From: Eledone cirrhosa
Lineage: Eukaryota
DNA length: 64,000 bases
Reading direction: 5' to 3'
Assembly: GCA_964016885.1 (NCBI GenBank)
Contig: OZ024740.1
Location: 311,860,001-311,924,000 of the forward strand
Position 1 is the first letter of the stretch. Each line of letters opens with the position of its first letter. Positions 41,600-54,175 of the stretch are shown here, piece after piece. The position numbers and the translations under genes were made by a program. The notes under the pieces were generated by a model. It was not told where the DNA came from. It did no database searches and saw nothing but the letters and a program-made list of their open reading frames with translations.

Positions 41600-43078
41600 G
41601 TGTGTGTAAATATGGGGCTAGAAGCTCTATCAGGTTATAAATTGGGTGTTGAGTTCTAGTCTATTATTGATTGGTGGATGTGTTTTATCTATAATTAGTG
41701 CTTCCTTAATTCTAAGATTGCCGAGGTTTCTTTCCTTAGTTTCTATCCTAACTGTTATGGTTTTGTCGGTGTTTTTGCATTTAACTAGGTGTTTCTTAAA
41801 TGAGGAAGCGTTAGTATTGAGGTGTTCTTTTATTCTTATGTGGAGTGGTCTGGTGGTGCTACCTGCGTAGAAGTTGTTGCATTTGTCACACTCTAGTCTG
41901 TATACGACATAAGCCTGGTGGCATAGGTCTGTGTCGTTGATGGGGCAGTTGGCTAGTCTGCAGCAGTTGTCATGTCTGGTGGAGTGTCTTTTGGTTAGCT
42001 GTCCGCGTAGAGAAGGACCTGAGTGGACCAGTTGGATATCTAGTCCCTCTCGTCTGATAGCTCTGCGGATGGCTGTTGTTGTTTCTTCACTGAAGTGTGG
42101 GAGCTTCAGGAAGCAAGTGTTAGTGCCTCGGGTGTGGTGCCCTCTGTTCTTTCTGGCACGGTTTGTGGTGGATGTCGTGTATCCGTTCAGTTTGAGTACT
42201 TCCAGGAAATGTGTAGTGTGTGTGTCTCGGTCTCTAGCGTCGGTGCATTTGTTCCGGATACTTGTCAGTTCGTTCCTTATGTATCCGAACTTGGCACCGA
42301 GTGTGAGGGCCGATCTGAAATGTACGAACAGGTCCCTGCTGGCGGCTTTTTTTATAGAAGCAGGTGTGGATGTTGCCTTCCTCTGTTACCCTGAGTTGGA
42401 AGTCCAGTAGGGATAGGGATCCGCGGTGATCGGGGTGTTCCATGCTGAACTTTATACTGGCGTCCATGCTGGAGAATGTTGTGTATATTTTATCTGCCTC
42501 CTCACGGGATGATGTAAGAATGAGTATGTCATCTACATATCGGGTGAAGAAGGTATGGGAATGGCAGGTGTTGAGGGCTCTGCATTCTAGCTGGTTCATG
42601 TAGGTGATGGCCAGCAGGCCCGATAGGCTGGATCCCATGGGTAATCCTATTGTCTGTCTGTATGTGTGGTGGTGGAAGGTGAAGTACGTGTTGTCTACTG
42701 TGAAGGACAAAAGCTGGTGTATGTCCGTCGGGTGGAGGCCGTAGCAGTGGATGTCCTCTGCGACGACGCAGTCCGTCAATAAATCGACAGCTGGATGAGC
42801 GGGGACTGTAGTGTAGAGGGAGACAACGTCGAGGCTAAAGGCGTATTTATTTAGTTTAAGTTGTTCTGGCTGGAGTTGGTGTAGTCTACGTATAACTTCG
42901 TTGGAGCTACTGACATGCCCGGGAAAGGTGGAGAGTAGAGGCTTGAGGACCTGGGAGAGGAGCCAGGAAATTTTGTATAGAACAACTTAAACTAAATAAA
43001 TACGCCTTTAGCCTCGACGTTGTCTCCCTTTACACTACAGTCCCCGCTCATCCAGCTGTCGATTTATTGACGGACTGC
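41600..43078 (-). mobile_element. Penelope-like retroelement 3 (Poseidon/Penelope-like), 5'-truncated
   Basis: FSLDVVSLYTTVP, GLPMGSSLSGLLA, RYVDDIL, LSLLDF. GIY-YIG-like VVYRLECDKCNNFYAGSTTRPLHIRIKEH at about 41820-41910. Confidence 0.88.
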
Positions 43079-43521
43079 AAATATCTGCAAAACAAATTCA
43101 AAAACGAAGTATATATATATATACCTGACCTGTCAATTCTTCCCGTCCGACGGGGAGATCTCCCACCCACTTTGGGGCGGGTGAGAGATGCATTCTCTTG
43201 TCAAAATGGGTATAGCTTTCTTGGCAGTATCAGTAGAGGGTCGGACGCCATGCTTTGCAGCAAAGAGTTACGGCCCTTTATGGTCTGAGTTCAAATCCCG
43301 CCGAGGTTAACTTTGCCTTTCATCCTTACGGGGTCGATAAAATAAAGTACCAGTAATACACTGATATAATTGTTGGCCTTGTGCCAAAAGTAGATACAAT
43401 TATGTAAAATCTCCCCATTTTGCCTCATTTCTCCCTGTTTTGGGGCACTTTTTTTCAACCGGACATAGCTAAACCTGGGACTCAACTCTCTTCACTATAT
43501 TTTCAAAGGGACATCAGCTAG

Positions 43522-43608
<87 letters not shown>

Positions 43609-44153
43609 CTACCTGATGTCCCTTTTTTATTATGTTTTTGTTTTGATATGCGCTCTATTTTCCCGCTATTAATTTTATCTCTCACTCTTTTAAGTTGTGA
43701 AATAGACTGGTTTTTATGCACGCGGCTGTCACATTTCAGCTCGCTACTATATCGCTCTATAATGGATGATCGCATTTAAAGTCCGTTAAAGGTTCTTGGC
43801 ACTACCATAGTTACTATCGCTTTCCTCTAGCCATGGGACTTGGAGACATGAGCCGAATGCTACCATTCTATTATACATCGATATGGACTGCTATTTCTAA
43901 TAACCATCCTTTCACCTCTTAAAAATTTGTGTGTGAGACACGTTGGCTGAGTGCTTTTGACGGGAACGAAAAGATTTGTTTTCTATTCTCCCGCCGCCAC
44001 GTAAAGTTTGTAAATCGGCGGCTAGTCGAGAGATAGAGTTGTATCGGGTTCCAGTTGCTAGTCGCTTTACCGTGTCGGTTGTCACAAACAGTCATGCCCG
44101 GCATGGGCTGAGGTTTGGATTCTGTCGATCGATTGATTATTGATTAAGCGATA

Positions 44154-44264
44154 CCCGCTGATGAAGCCGCATAAGCCGATTGTGCATTGTCGTATAATAT
44201 ATGCAGACGGATGGTGCAGTGCACCTTACTGCTGCATTAAGTGCGGCCGAAACTCGAGTCCGGG
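44154..44264 (+). ncRNA. Type I hammerhead ribozyme motif (Penelope pLTR / retrozyme-like)
   Basis: CCCG-CTGATGA-aGCCGCA...TGCGGCc-GAAA-CTCGAG-TC-CGGG: intact core boxes, stem I CCCG/CGGG, stem II GCCGCA/TGCGGC, palindromic minimal stem III, GUC cleavage triplet. Confidence 0.75.
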
Positions 44265-44510
44265 AACTATTATAGGCACCCGTTTTACGTGTGTTGTATT
44301 GAAGCGAATAACTATGTGTATACTCTGGGAATGTATCTTACATTGCCCATGGAGTACGCTGAGATACAACCGGTCCTGGCATTGATAAATATGCTGGGTC
44401 TGTCAACTCCTTATTATATATATATATACAGTTGTTGTGGGGCTTCAGGTTAATGCGTCCGTAGGCGGTATGCCGACTGAGCACTCGATGCTCGTGCAGA
44501 GTAGAGTATA

Positions 44511-44766
44511 ATATTATAAAGAACGGGGAATCAGTGTTGCATCATTTCACATTTATTAACATATTACATATGTGTCTCCGTCGATCAGCTCGAGGCAAGA
44601 TCTGTTACAGATTGAAACCGACTCTTCATTCAAAGGATCTTCTTCGAATGCAGAGTCGGCTTCGATCTGTAACAGATCTTTCCTCGAGCTGATCGACGGG
44701 GACACATATGTAATATGTTAATAAATGTGATATGATGCAACACTTATTCCTCGTTCTTTATAATAT
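44511..44766. repeat. Long fold-back palindrome (arms about 120 bp, loop about 14 nt)
   Basis: 44511-44631 is the near-perfect reverse complement of 44646-44766. Confidence 0.9.
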
Positions 44767-44806
44767 ATATATATATACATACACACACACACATATATAT
44801 ATATAC

Positions 44807-44843
<37 letters not shown>

Positions 44844-45069
44844 CGTTATCCAATATTGAAAGAAACGTTATTTCAAAACAGAGCGTAGTTTTATTAAATG
44901 TCCCGTTAAAAATATAGTGGAGAGAGTTGAGTCACAGGCTCAGTTAGCTCCGGTTGAAATACAGGGTTACTAATTACTACTACTACTACTACTACTACTG
45001 CTGCTGCTGTTGCTGCTGTTGCTGCTACTGCTGCTACTATTACTACTTTTACTACTACTACTACTAATA

Positions 45070-45490
45070 ATAATTGTTTCTACTTTTGGCACAAGGCCAG
45101 CAATTACTCAGTACATTACTGGTACTTTATTTTATCGACCCCGTAGGGATGAAAGGCAAAGTTAACCTCGGCGGGATTTGATCTCAGAATGGCAAGGGCC
45201 GTAACTCTATGCGTCAAAGCATGGCGTCCAACTCTCTACCGATACTGCCAATCCAACCCTTAATAATATTCGTTTCTTATATAGGCACAAGGCCATCAAT
45301 TTTGGGAGTTGGAGAAAGTTGATTAGATCGACCCAGTGCATTACTGGTGCTTTATTTTATCGACCCTGTAAGGATGAAAGGCAAAGTTAACCTCGGCGAG
45401 ATTTGAACTCAGAATGTAAAGGGTCGTAACTCTATGCCTCGAAGCAGGGTGTCCGACGATCTACTGATATTGCCAATCCACCGCCCTTAA
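45070..45490 (-). mobile_element. Two tandem tRNA-derived SINE copies
   Basis: Same consensus as the other copies, adjacent to a (CTA)n/(TAA)n tract. Confidence 0.85.
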
Positions 45491-46110
45491 TTATTTCTTA
45501 TTTAGGCTTGCTGCGTAAATGTGTGTATATGTGAGCGCGCGCGCGCGTTTTTCACCGATCTATATCGGCAAAAGATGTATCGATTCTGTATAGAACGATG
45601 ATATACGCATGAAATTACTGCACTAAATTGCACACACTCCTTTTTCATTCTTGCCGCTAGATATACAATGAACTAATGAATTGTCTACAACTAATCTATA
45701 ACCAACGATACTAGTTTTCACTAATTGCGATATAAAATAAATAAGAATAAATAACAGAAGTTACATGGGGAAGAAGAGTTACCACAGTAACAGACATAAC
45801 ATTATCAACAGAAGTCGTTATTCACAGCAATTACATTTTTATTTTACGTCACTTTATCAGCATATGTAGCATTATCAATAGTAGATATTAGAGCGTCGGA
45901 CAAAATGCTGTGTGGCCTTTAGTCACAAGTCTTTATATTTTGAGTTCAAATCCCGACAAGGTTAACTTTGCCTTTCATCCTCCCCGGGTCGATAAAATAA
46001 AGTACCAGTCAAGTAGTGGAGGTCGATATAACCGACTTTTCCTCCCCTAGAATTGTTGGTTTGTGTCTAAATTAGAAACTATTATCAACAGAAACCGCAC
46101 ATGGAACAAT

Positions 46111-47634
46111 TACATTACCAACAGCAGCAGCATTACCAACAGCAGCAGCATTATCAACAGCAGTAACATTATCAACACCAATCACATTACCAACACCAAT
46201 CACATTACCAACACCAATCACATTACCAACACCAATCACATTACCAACACCAATCACATTACCAACACCAATCACATTACCAACACCAATCACATTACCA
46301 ACACCAATCACATTACCAACACCAATCACATTACCAACACCAATCACATTATCAACACCAATCACATTATCAACACCAATCACATTACCAACACCAATCA
46401 CATTACCAACACCAATCACATTACCAACACCAATCACATTACCAACACCAATCACATTACCAACACCAATCACATTATCAACACCAATCACATTATCAAC
46501 ACCAATCACATTACCAACACCAATCACATTACCAACACCAATCACATTACCAACACCAATCACATTACCAACACCAATCACATTACCAACACCAATCACA
46601 TTATCAACACCAATCACATTATCAACACCAATCACATTACCAACACCAATCACATTACCAACACCAATCACATTACCAACACCAATCACATTACCAACAC
46701 CAATCACATTATCAACACCAATCACATTACCAACACCAATCACATTACCAACACCAATCACATTACCAACACCAATCACATTACCAACACCAATCACATT
46801 ACCAACACCAATCACATTACCAACACCAATCACATTACCAACACCAATCACATTATCAACACCAATCACATTACCAACACCAATCACATTACCAACACCA
46901 ATCACATTACCAACACCAATCACATTACCAACACCAATCACATTACCAACACCAATCACATTACCAACACCAATCACATTACCAACACCAATCACATTAC
47001 CAACACCAATCACATTACCAACACCAATCACATTACCAACACCAATCACATTATCAACACCAATCACATTATCAACACCAATCACATTACCAACACCAAT
47101 CACATTACCAACACCAATCACATTACCAACACCAATCACATTACCAACACCAATCACATTACCAACACCAATCACATTACCAACACCAATCACATTACCA
47201 ACACCAATCACATTACCAACACCAATCACATTACCAACACCAATCACATTACCAACACCAATCACATTATCAACACCAATCACATTACCAACACCAATCA
47301 CATTATCAACACCAATCACATTATCAACACCAATCACATTACCAACACCAATCACATTACCAACACCAATCACATTACCAACACCAATCACATTACCAAC
47401 ACCAATCACATTATCAACACCAATCACATTACCAACACCAATCACATTACCAACACCAATCACATTACCAACACCAATCACATTACCAACACCAATCACA
47501 TTACCAACACCAATCACATTACCAACACCAATCACATTACCAACACCAATCACATTACCAACACCAATCACATTACCAACACCAATCACATTACCAACAC
47601 CAATCACATTACCAACACCAATCACATTATCAAC
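46111..47634. repeat. 18-bp minisatellite (ATTAYCAACACCAATCAC), roughly 80 units
   Basis: Seen directly. It explains the TNTNHI and VGNVIG ORFs on both strands. Confidence 0.97.
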
Positions 47635-47984
47635 AGAATATAGTTTATTAACAGGAATCTCATTAATAATAGCAGTCAAATTAGCAACAACAGTCATATG
47701 ATCAATAGAATCCAACTTTGCCTTTCAACCTTACAGTGTTGATAAAATAAAGTACCAGTAATGTACTGGGTAATTGTTGACCTTGTGCCAAAAGTAGAAA
47801 CAATTATTAACAGAAATCCCAATATGAATAGTTATGTTATCTATACAGGTTTGTGATGTAGCGATATAATTGTTAATGAAAAGTGTTTAATATCATCTTA
47901 GAGAGATTCTTATGTGGAATTAATACAGAAAGTGTCACCCACGTAGTGAGCGTGTGTAAAACCCTGGTTCAAAAAGAGTATAAA

Positions 47985-48400
47985 AGAAGACATGACAAGA
48001 TCTGTATGTACCTTCACTGTTGAATGTACAAGAAATGTAGATATCAACGTATCTTAGAAGGTGTCATTGATGACAGATATGAACCCAAGATTCTTTAGGA
48101 TTTTACTATTAAAACGGACTGCAGACTTGAAAACAACAAACCTTATATTGTAGTTATGTTCAGAAATATGTGTGACTATCAGATTATTGATGTTACTATT
48201 CCAGAAGACCACAACATAACCTTGACAGAAATTGAATAAAAATAAAACAAAATATACTGACTTGAAGATTGAATTGCACGAATACTATGTAACAGTATCA
48301 AGATAATTTAAGTTGTCATTGGAGCTTTGGGATTGACACCACTAAAACTGAGAAGTTATCTTAAATAAATAGACCTCAAATTACAACGGGAGGAAAAACA
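47985..48400 (+). mobile_element. Degenerate R4/Dong-like non-LTR fragment (restriction-like endonuclease region)
   Basis: Hand translation gives KIL*DFTIKTDCRLENNKPYIVV...IIDVTIPEDHN...KYTDLKIEL...VVIGALG, matching the WDF..TD....N.PD..IDV.IP..KY.DL..GALG pattern. Confidence 0.7.
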
Positions 48401-48779
48401 TAATAACATCACTGATAGTGTCACAGGTGTGTGACGAAAGAACTCTGAGAAACTATATTTATATCTATGTTTTGAACTGTTGGTCAATCAATGAAAATTA
48501 TTAATTGCCAAGGGAGTTAATTATAGAAATAAAAAATATACTGAAGCAAAAACCAACCCAAAGCAAAAAGTGAGTGTATTTACTATATATATTTTTTTCT
48601 GGCAATATCATAACATGACCCTCCCCAAATATAACAAAATTACAAATTGCTCTCCTACAAAAGACTAGCCTGTTAGGCATTGCACTCAGGAACGTACTAT
48701 CTGTCTAAGGCCCTTGTTATGACTCGACAGGCAGTAGAAGATCCAGTAATTATATTTACTGTAAAAACTATCAATGGTT

Positions 48780-49270
48780 TCTAATTTAGCTACAAGGTCA
48801 TTAGATATGGATGTGACTGCCGTCAGCGAGACCAAGATTTCCAACACGCGCACACTAGCCCCCATTTTCGACGACTATCAGATCTTTGCATCTCTTAGTC
48901 GGCCAGGAATGGGAGGTGGAGTGGCAGTACTGTTTAGGAAAAGTCTGGATCTCAAAGTAAGGTCGATCTTCCGGAATGTGGAGAGAATGGCCCATGTGAA
49001 TGGGCTACTCTGAGCATGCGCATGTAGGCTGGTTTATTTGAGGAAGAAGGGTGTGCCTTCCTGGGTGTCCTCGAAGCGTTGGGTGGTTCAGGATTGGCAG
49101 GGTGCCTGAGTCGCCCTGAGTGGTTGTCCCCACTATTGGGGAATTTTTGTTGGTGTAATTTTTATTGTTATTTGTGTTGTTTACACGTTTATATATATGT
49201 AAAGCCCGCACTGTCCCTGACTTTGTACTACCTCCTATATGTCGGCCCTTGTGGCCAATAAATGAAACAA
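48780..49270 (+). mobile_element. Internally deleted Tx1/L1-like LINE remnant
   Basis: APE N-terminus DVTAVSETK...GGGVAVLFRK is joined directly to RMAHVNG (compare RMARVNG at the end of the 759-aa ORF), then a 3' UTR ending CAATAAATGAAAC. Confidence 0.7.
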
Positions 49271-50248
49271 TTATTATCATTATTATTATTATTTCTTTTT
49301 TGATAGTCACACATATTTCTGAACATAACTTTTTAATTTATGGATTGGCAGTATCGGTAGAGGGTTGGACGCCATGCTTTGAAGCAAAGAGTTACGGCCC
49401 TTTATGGTCTGAGTTCAAATCCCGCTGAGGTTAACTTTGCCTTTCATCCTTACGGGGTCGATAAAATAAAGTACCAGTAATACACTGGGATAATTGCTGG
49501 CCTTGTGCCGAAAGTAGAAACAATTATTATTATTATTTCTTTTTAATTTATAATAATATTAATAGACTAAATCTCTTCTTTTGGGACATATTTGTTTTTA
49601 ATGGGATAATTGCTGGCCTTGTGCCAAAAGTAGAAACAATTATGTGAACTAACAATCGTAAAGGAAACGCTTGTTCGAGAATTCAGAAGAATAATGTCGT
49701 GATCATTGTGTCGTAAGGGAAGTGATTATCTCAGCGTGATTTTTAGGAATGTAACAGCTGCGTTCACAATTCTGAACAGAACAATCAGATGATCTTCAAC
49801 ACCAAAGGAGAAATGTCCTGTCGGATATGTACGAAAATGTATTGTGATACCGCAGTGGTCAACATTGGCTCTTTGCTATAGTTACATCGAATAATCTAGA
49901 GAAGTCGAAAAGAAAGTTATGAACAAAATGTATATGACAAAAGTTTATCCATCCATCCATGAGCTCTGAATTCCTGATCGAGTCGTAGGAAGGCAACGTG
50001 ATGTCTTATGCATTTAAACCTAGTAGAGTCGATCCCTAACCAAGTTTGAACGCAGTCCCTTTGCTTCAGCGAAAGAGAGAGAGGAAGAATCGCTCACTGC
50101 ATTAGTACTTTATTTATCGACCTCGGAAAGATGAAAGGCAAAAATTGACCTCTGTGTGATTTGAATCCAGAGTACAAAGTAAATACTGCAACGCATTCTA
50201 TTCTACATAACCCTTTCATGTAATTCTGTCGAAGTTGCCTGATGAGAT

Positions 50249-50510
50249 CAGCGGCGTGCAAAGCTCAGGTGATGCCTGGGTCAAATCTTGCCCCAAAGAC
50301 TCAGGTATAAGACCTAATATACTGAGAAATATTATGACAAAGGAAAGCATTTTGAAAATATAAACACAGATAAAACATGAAATAAACGCTTTATTCGATT
50401 TTAATATAAATCAATCAAATTTATTAAGCTCTTTTCCCTAAATGATGCTCCCCAACCAAAGGATGCCCAGGGCCAACGCACAATAAACGCCCCACCCCTG
50501 CACGCTACTG
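50249..50510. mobile_element. 262-bp hAT-type MITE
   Basis: TIR CAGCGGCGTGCA / TGCACGCTACTG and a perfect 8-bp TSD GATGAGAT (50241-50248, 50511-50518). Confidence 0.88.
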
Positions 50511-52296
50511 GATGAGATCGTCTTGTCTTGCAATATATTGGATGAGGGAGCTGGGCCATCGAAATATGTATAGTGATTTGACGGAATTAAAATTTTGAAA
50601 CAGATTTTCCAGTCCGGCCTTCTGTTGTCATTTAATAAATACTTTACTCCGTTCCTCCACCAACCGCTGGATCACTTCTACGATGGATGACTTACAAAGG
50701 TGGGTGGTCCGTGTTTGGCTTGCCGAATTTTGAAGGTCAAGTGTCAAGGGCTGGTTTAGAAGGAGTCATGAGTTGGCATGCGGTTTAGGATGTTTGCTAA
50801 GTGTTTGTGGACTGATTGAAGCCATAACGGTCTTATTTACGTATAGGTATCTAAACTATAATAAAGTAAGAAGCGCGGGACTGCGTACGGGTTATAATTT
50901 TTTATCCCCTCCCCTTAGTAAAATAAGTTGGATTACTTTGAATAAATAATGAATGAATATTACATAATTTATCTACTAAATTTCGTGGCTGTTCATTAAA
51001 TATATTTTATTACTTATTTAAAGATTCACTTCTTTAAAATGTTCAAATGTCAACACTGCCGGTTAGTGATCGTTTAAATAAATATTCACATATTTCTGTC
51101 ACTAATTTTCTCCTAATGCAGTTTATATATAATATCGTCTTTTTTTAATGTATCATGGATTACGTTACTGATTACATAAGGCAGTGTTACGCAGTCTTCG
51201 TTCAATTTCTGTTTATATTGTCAATTACGATTTTATTTGATCATATCTGCATGCATATATACTTGCGTATAATATCAATATACACACTACATATGCTAGC
51301 AGAAAACCATCCGAAGGGTGGTTTTTCTGCTAGTGTATATAAAGATGTTACATTCTACATAAAACATATGTGGTACTTAAACTATTGGCAGAAAGTGATT
51401 GATTAATCAAACCAAATGTGCACCAAAATGCTCAATAATTAAAAACAACGAATGTTTTTTTCATTACTTTTGTACGTACATAATAAACAGTTTGCGCACA
51501 ACTTGTATTTAAAAGAAAGCACGGATAGTTGGGTTTAATATTTAGAGTTTCGCTTATTTAGAGTTTGAATTTAGGATAAAACATCTTTGAGCAAAAGTAA
51601 CTAATGTTTATTTCGTGACGGGGTATGTTCGTGATTGACAGCAAAGCTGGTATCTTTTTTCTGTAATGCACGCATGCTGATTAGGGTGTTCACTAGTAAC
51701 AAATGCTACATAATAATGATTTATTGTTTAGGCACAAGGCCAACAATTTGAGGGGAGGGGAAAATCGATTGAATAGACCCAGTATATTACTGATGCTTAA
51801 TTTTATCGATCTCAAAAGGATGAAAGGCAAAGCTAACCTCGGTGAGATTTGAACTCGGACCGTAAAGGACTGTAACTCTATGCTACAAACCATGATGTCC
51901 GATTATATACCAATACTGCCAATCCACCGCCTTTTGCTACAGAATATGTCAATTTTAACGGTAAAACAACTTGATGAATAATATATTGTATTAACAACAT
52001 ATGATTCATGTCTTTATAACCACTGAAAAGTGCCTAATTCTTTCGTGTCTCAAAACATATACAAAATTTTATTATAATTTCCCCTACTATAAAATAACGT
52101 CCAGTACAAGGTGAAAAATCCTTCTCTCTATTGGAATCTACTGTAATCCTAAGAGGCACATCATTTCATTTCTTATGTGGTGTGTGACATGTCGATATCC
52201 TTTTTTTTTCATTTATATAGTTATGTCATTTTCAAGATATACCATATCCAGTCTGTAATTTCTGAGTTCTTAATAATTTGGTTTATTATATTGAAG

Positions 52297-52360
52297 ATGC
52301 TGGACAGGCAGTAGCCTGCTACAATGGATAATTCAAGCGCCAGTAATATTCTCTTTAATT
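52297..52360 (+). CDS. Class B1 GPCR, ECL2-TM5 exon (absent from the ORF track)
   Basis: ttgaag|A TGC TGG...TTA ATT|gtaagt, 64 nt. Encodes (R)CWTGSSLLQWIIQAPVIFSLI with the conserved ECL2 CW and the TM5 Pro. Confidence 0.9.
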
Positions 52361-54001
52361 GTAAGTAAGAAGTTAAAATCTATAATTTTTCTTCTTTTGT
52401 TTTGTAATTTTTTATTTACGATAAATAACAAGTCCCTCTAATTCATTTTTATTCTTTTGAAGCATTTTTAAAGAAATTACGAAGAAGTTCCAATAACATA
52501 TTAGAATTTCCTGGAACTCCATCGAAGAAATTATTTTTCGAACATGGTTCCACGAATGGCTAGGATTCCTTCTTTCCATAAGCATTAGTTTGATTGGTCC
52601 ATCTAATTTACTTTTGTAAGGAGTAGAATCTGTTTCATATTTATCTATTGATTTCTGTTTGTGTAAACAGCAATTTTAGTGAAAACAGTTAATTGTACCG
52701 CAAATATGTTTCGACCAATGTACACTTAAACTCAAGCATTTTTACCTAAAATAACCTCCAGTACAGAATGATTTTCCTTATTTTATCAATATGGAAAAAT
52801 TTCCAACTGTTTATGGAAAAGAAACAGTAGGAAGTAATGTGAAGGCGTACAAACAAACAATTAGACGCACATTAGAAAAGGGACAGACACAAGACTTACA
52901 CACATAGGAAGTTCAGATATTTAGAGAAAGTACACATATCTCATAGCACAAACACATGCACAGCTAAAACATACAACAGATGCACACTCATGCTTACAAA
53001 CATTATGCAGAGGTGCATACGAAGACAACATACACAATATGAAACCACATACATACACACATACACACACATAAAAATCATGACCAAATATTCGCAAAGT
53101 TTCATACTTTACTTTTTGTTTTGTTTCTTTTCGTAGGAATAACAGAATTTACCGTACATACGCATATAAGCTGGAAAATTTGTAACAAAAATAGATATTA
53201 AAATGGGGTCGGTATATATTCGAGGTCAATATTTTGCCAATTTTCACCATCTTAAAATGTTATGTAAATAAGGTGTTAAAATATCTGAGTGATTATTTTA
53301 CAATGAAACACTGTTTTTCTACATTTATTGCATCATCATGAGTGTATTAATGCATTCCTTGAAAAAATTCCCAACAAACTTTTATAATTTGAACTTTTTA
53401 ATACATAAATAACCCCTAGCACGCACACGGGCGTCGATTGTTTTTCTGTGACTTAATTACACCTTTTATTTCAATCTTACTTCTGACTTACATTTTATTA
53501 CTCTCGCTCTGCCTCACACCACTCTCTCTCACACTTGTTGTCTTCCCTACCCCTTCTACTATGGATCCTTATATGTTTTCTTCATCGATCTCTTTCTTTC
53601 AACTATTCCCTTTTCATTATATCCCCTTACACATAATTTCAATTTCCCTCGAGTAACGGGAAATAAACAAAAATTCGAGAAATTTATTGTAACTTTATAA
53701 AACAAATGAAATGGTAAAAGATCATTAATAATAGAGTTGTGAAACAAAAACTATACTCAAAACAACGTTTAAAACATTTTAAATATCAAAATACTAAAAC
53801 TTCATAACTCTGCTCATGAGAATTTCAAAACCACGCCATCTAAAATATAATGTGTTGATTAGCTGCCACGGTTTATACACGGAGTTTGGATGTTTGCCTA
53901 TTTCTCTGACATGAAATAGGGTCGGATTATATTCACGTATATACGGTACTTTCGTTTCTTTCAAATGTTTATTCCTTCGTATTATATGTTTATCCCTCTG
54001 T

Positions 54002-54175
54002 GGCAGTATCGGTAGAGGGTCGGACGCCATGCTTTCCAGCATAGTTACGTCCCTTTACGATCTGAGTTCAAATCCCGCCGAGGTTGACTTTGCCTTTCAT
54101 CCTTACGGGGTCGATAAAATAAAGTACCAGTAATGCACTGGGATAATTGCTGGCCTTGTGCCTAAAGTAGAAACA
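54002..54175 (+). mobile_element. Young tRNA-derived SINE with a 21-bp TSD (reference copy; others at about 11485, 15590, 19046, 31552, 37335, 38686, 43222, 45885, 47712, 49342, 51720, 59950, 61925)
   Basis: A-box-like TGGCAGTATCGGTAG, B-box GAGTTCAAATCCC, body ctttcatccttacggggtcgataaaataaagtaccagt, tail GTAGAAAC. TSD ATTATATGTTTATCCCTCTGT. Confidence 0.92.

Noticed and set aside
43620-44104. Possible N-terminal ORF of a retroelement next to the hammerhead
   Set aside because: Only short, broken frames with no motif I could recognise.
46063-47715. 526-aa and 547-aa ORFs on opposite strands; also a superficially CRISPR-like periodicity
   Set aside because: This is a pure 18-bp tandem repeat with no unique spacers and no cas genes. 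The frames are open only because the unit lacks stops.
54002-54085. tRNA gene
   Set aside because: A and B boxes are present, but there is no full cloverleaf and it continues into the SINE body. It is a SINE head.
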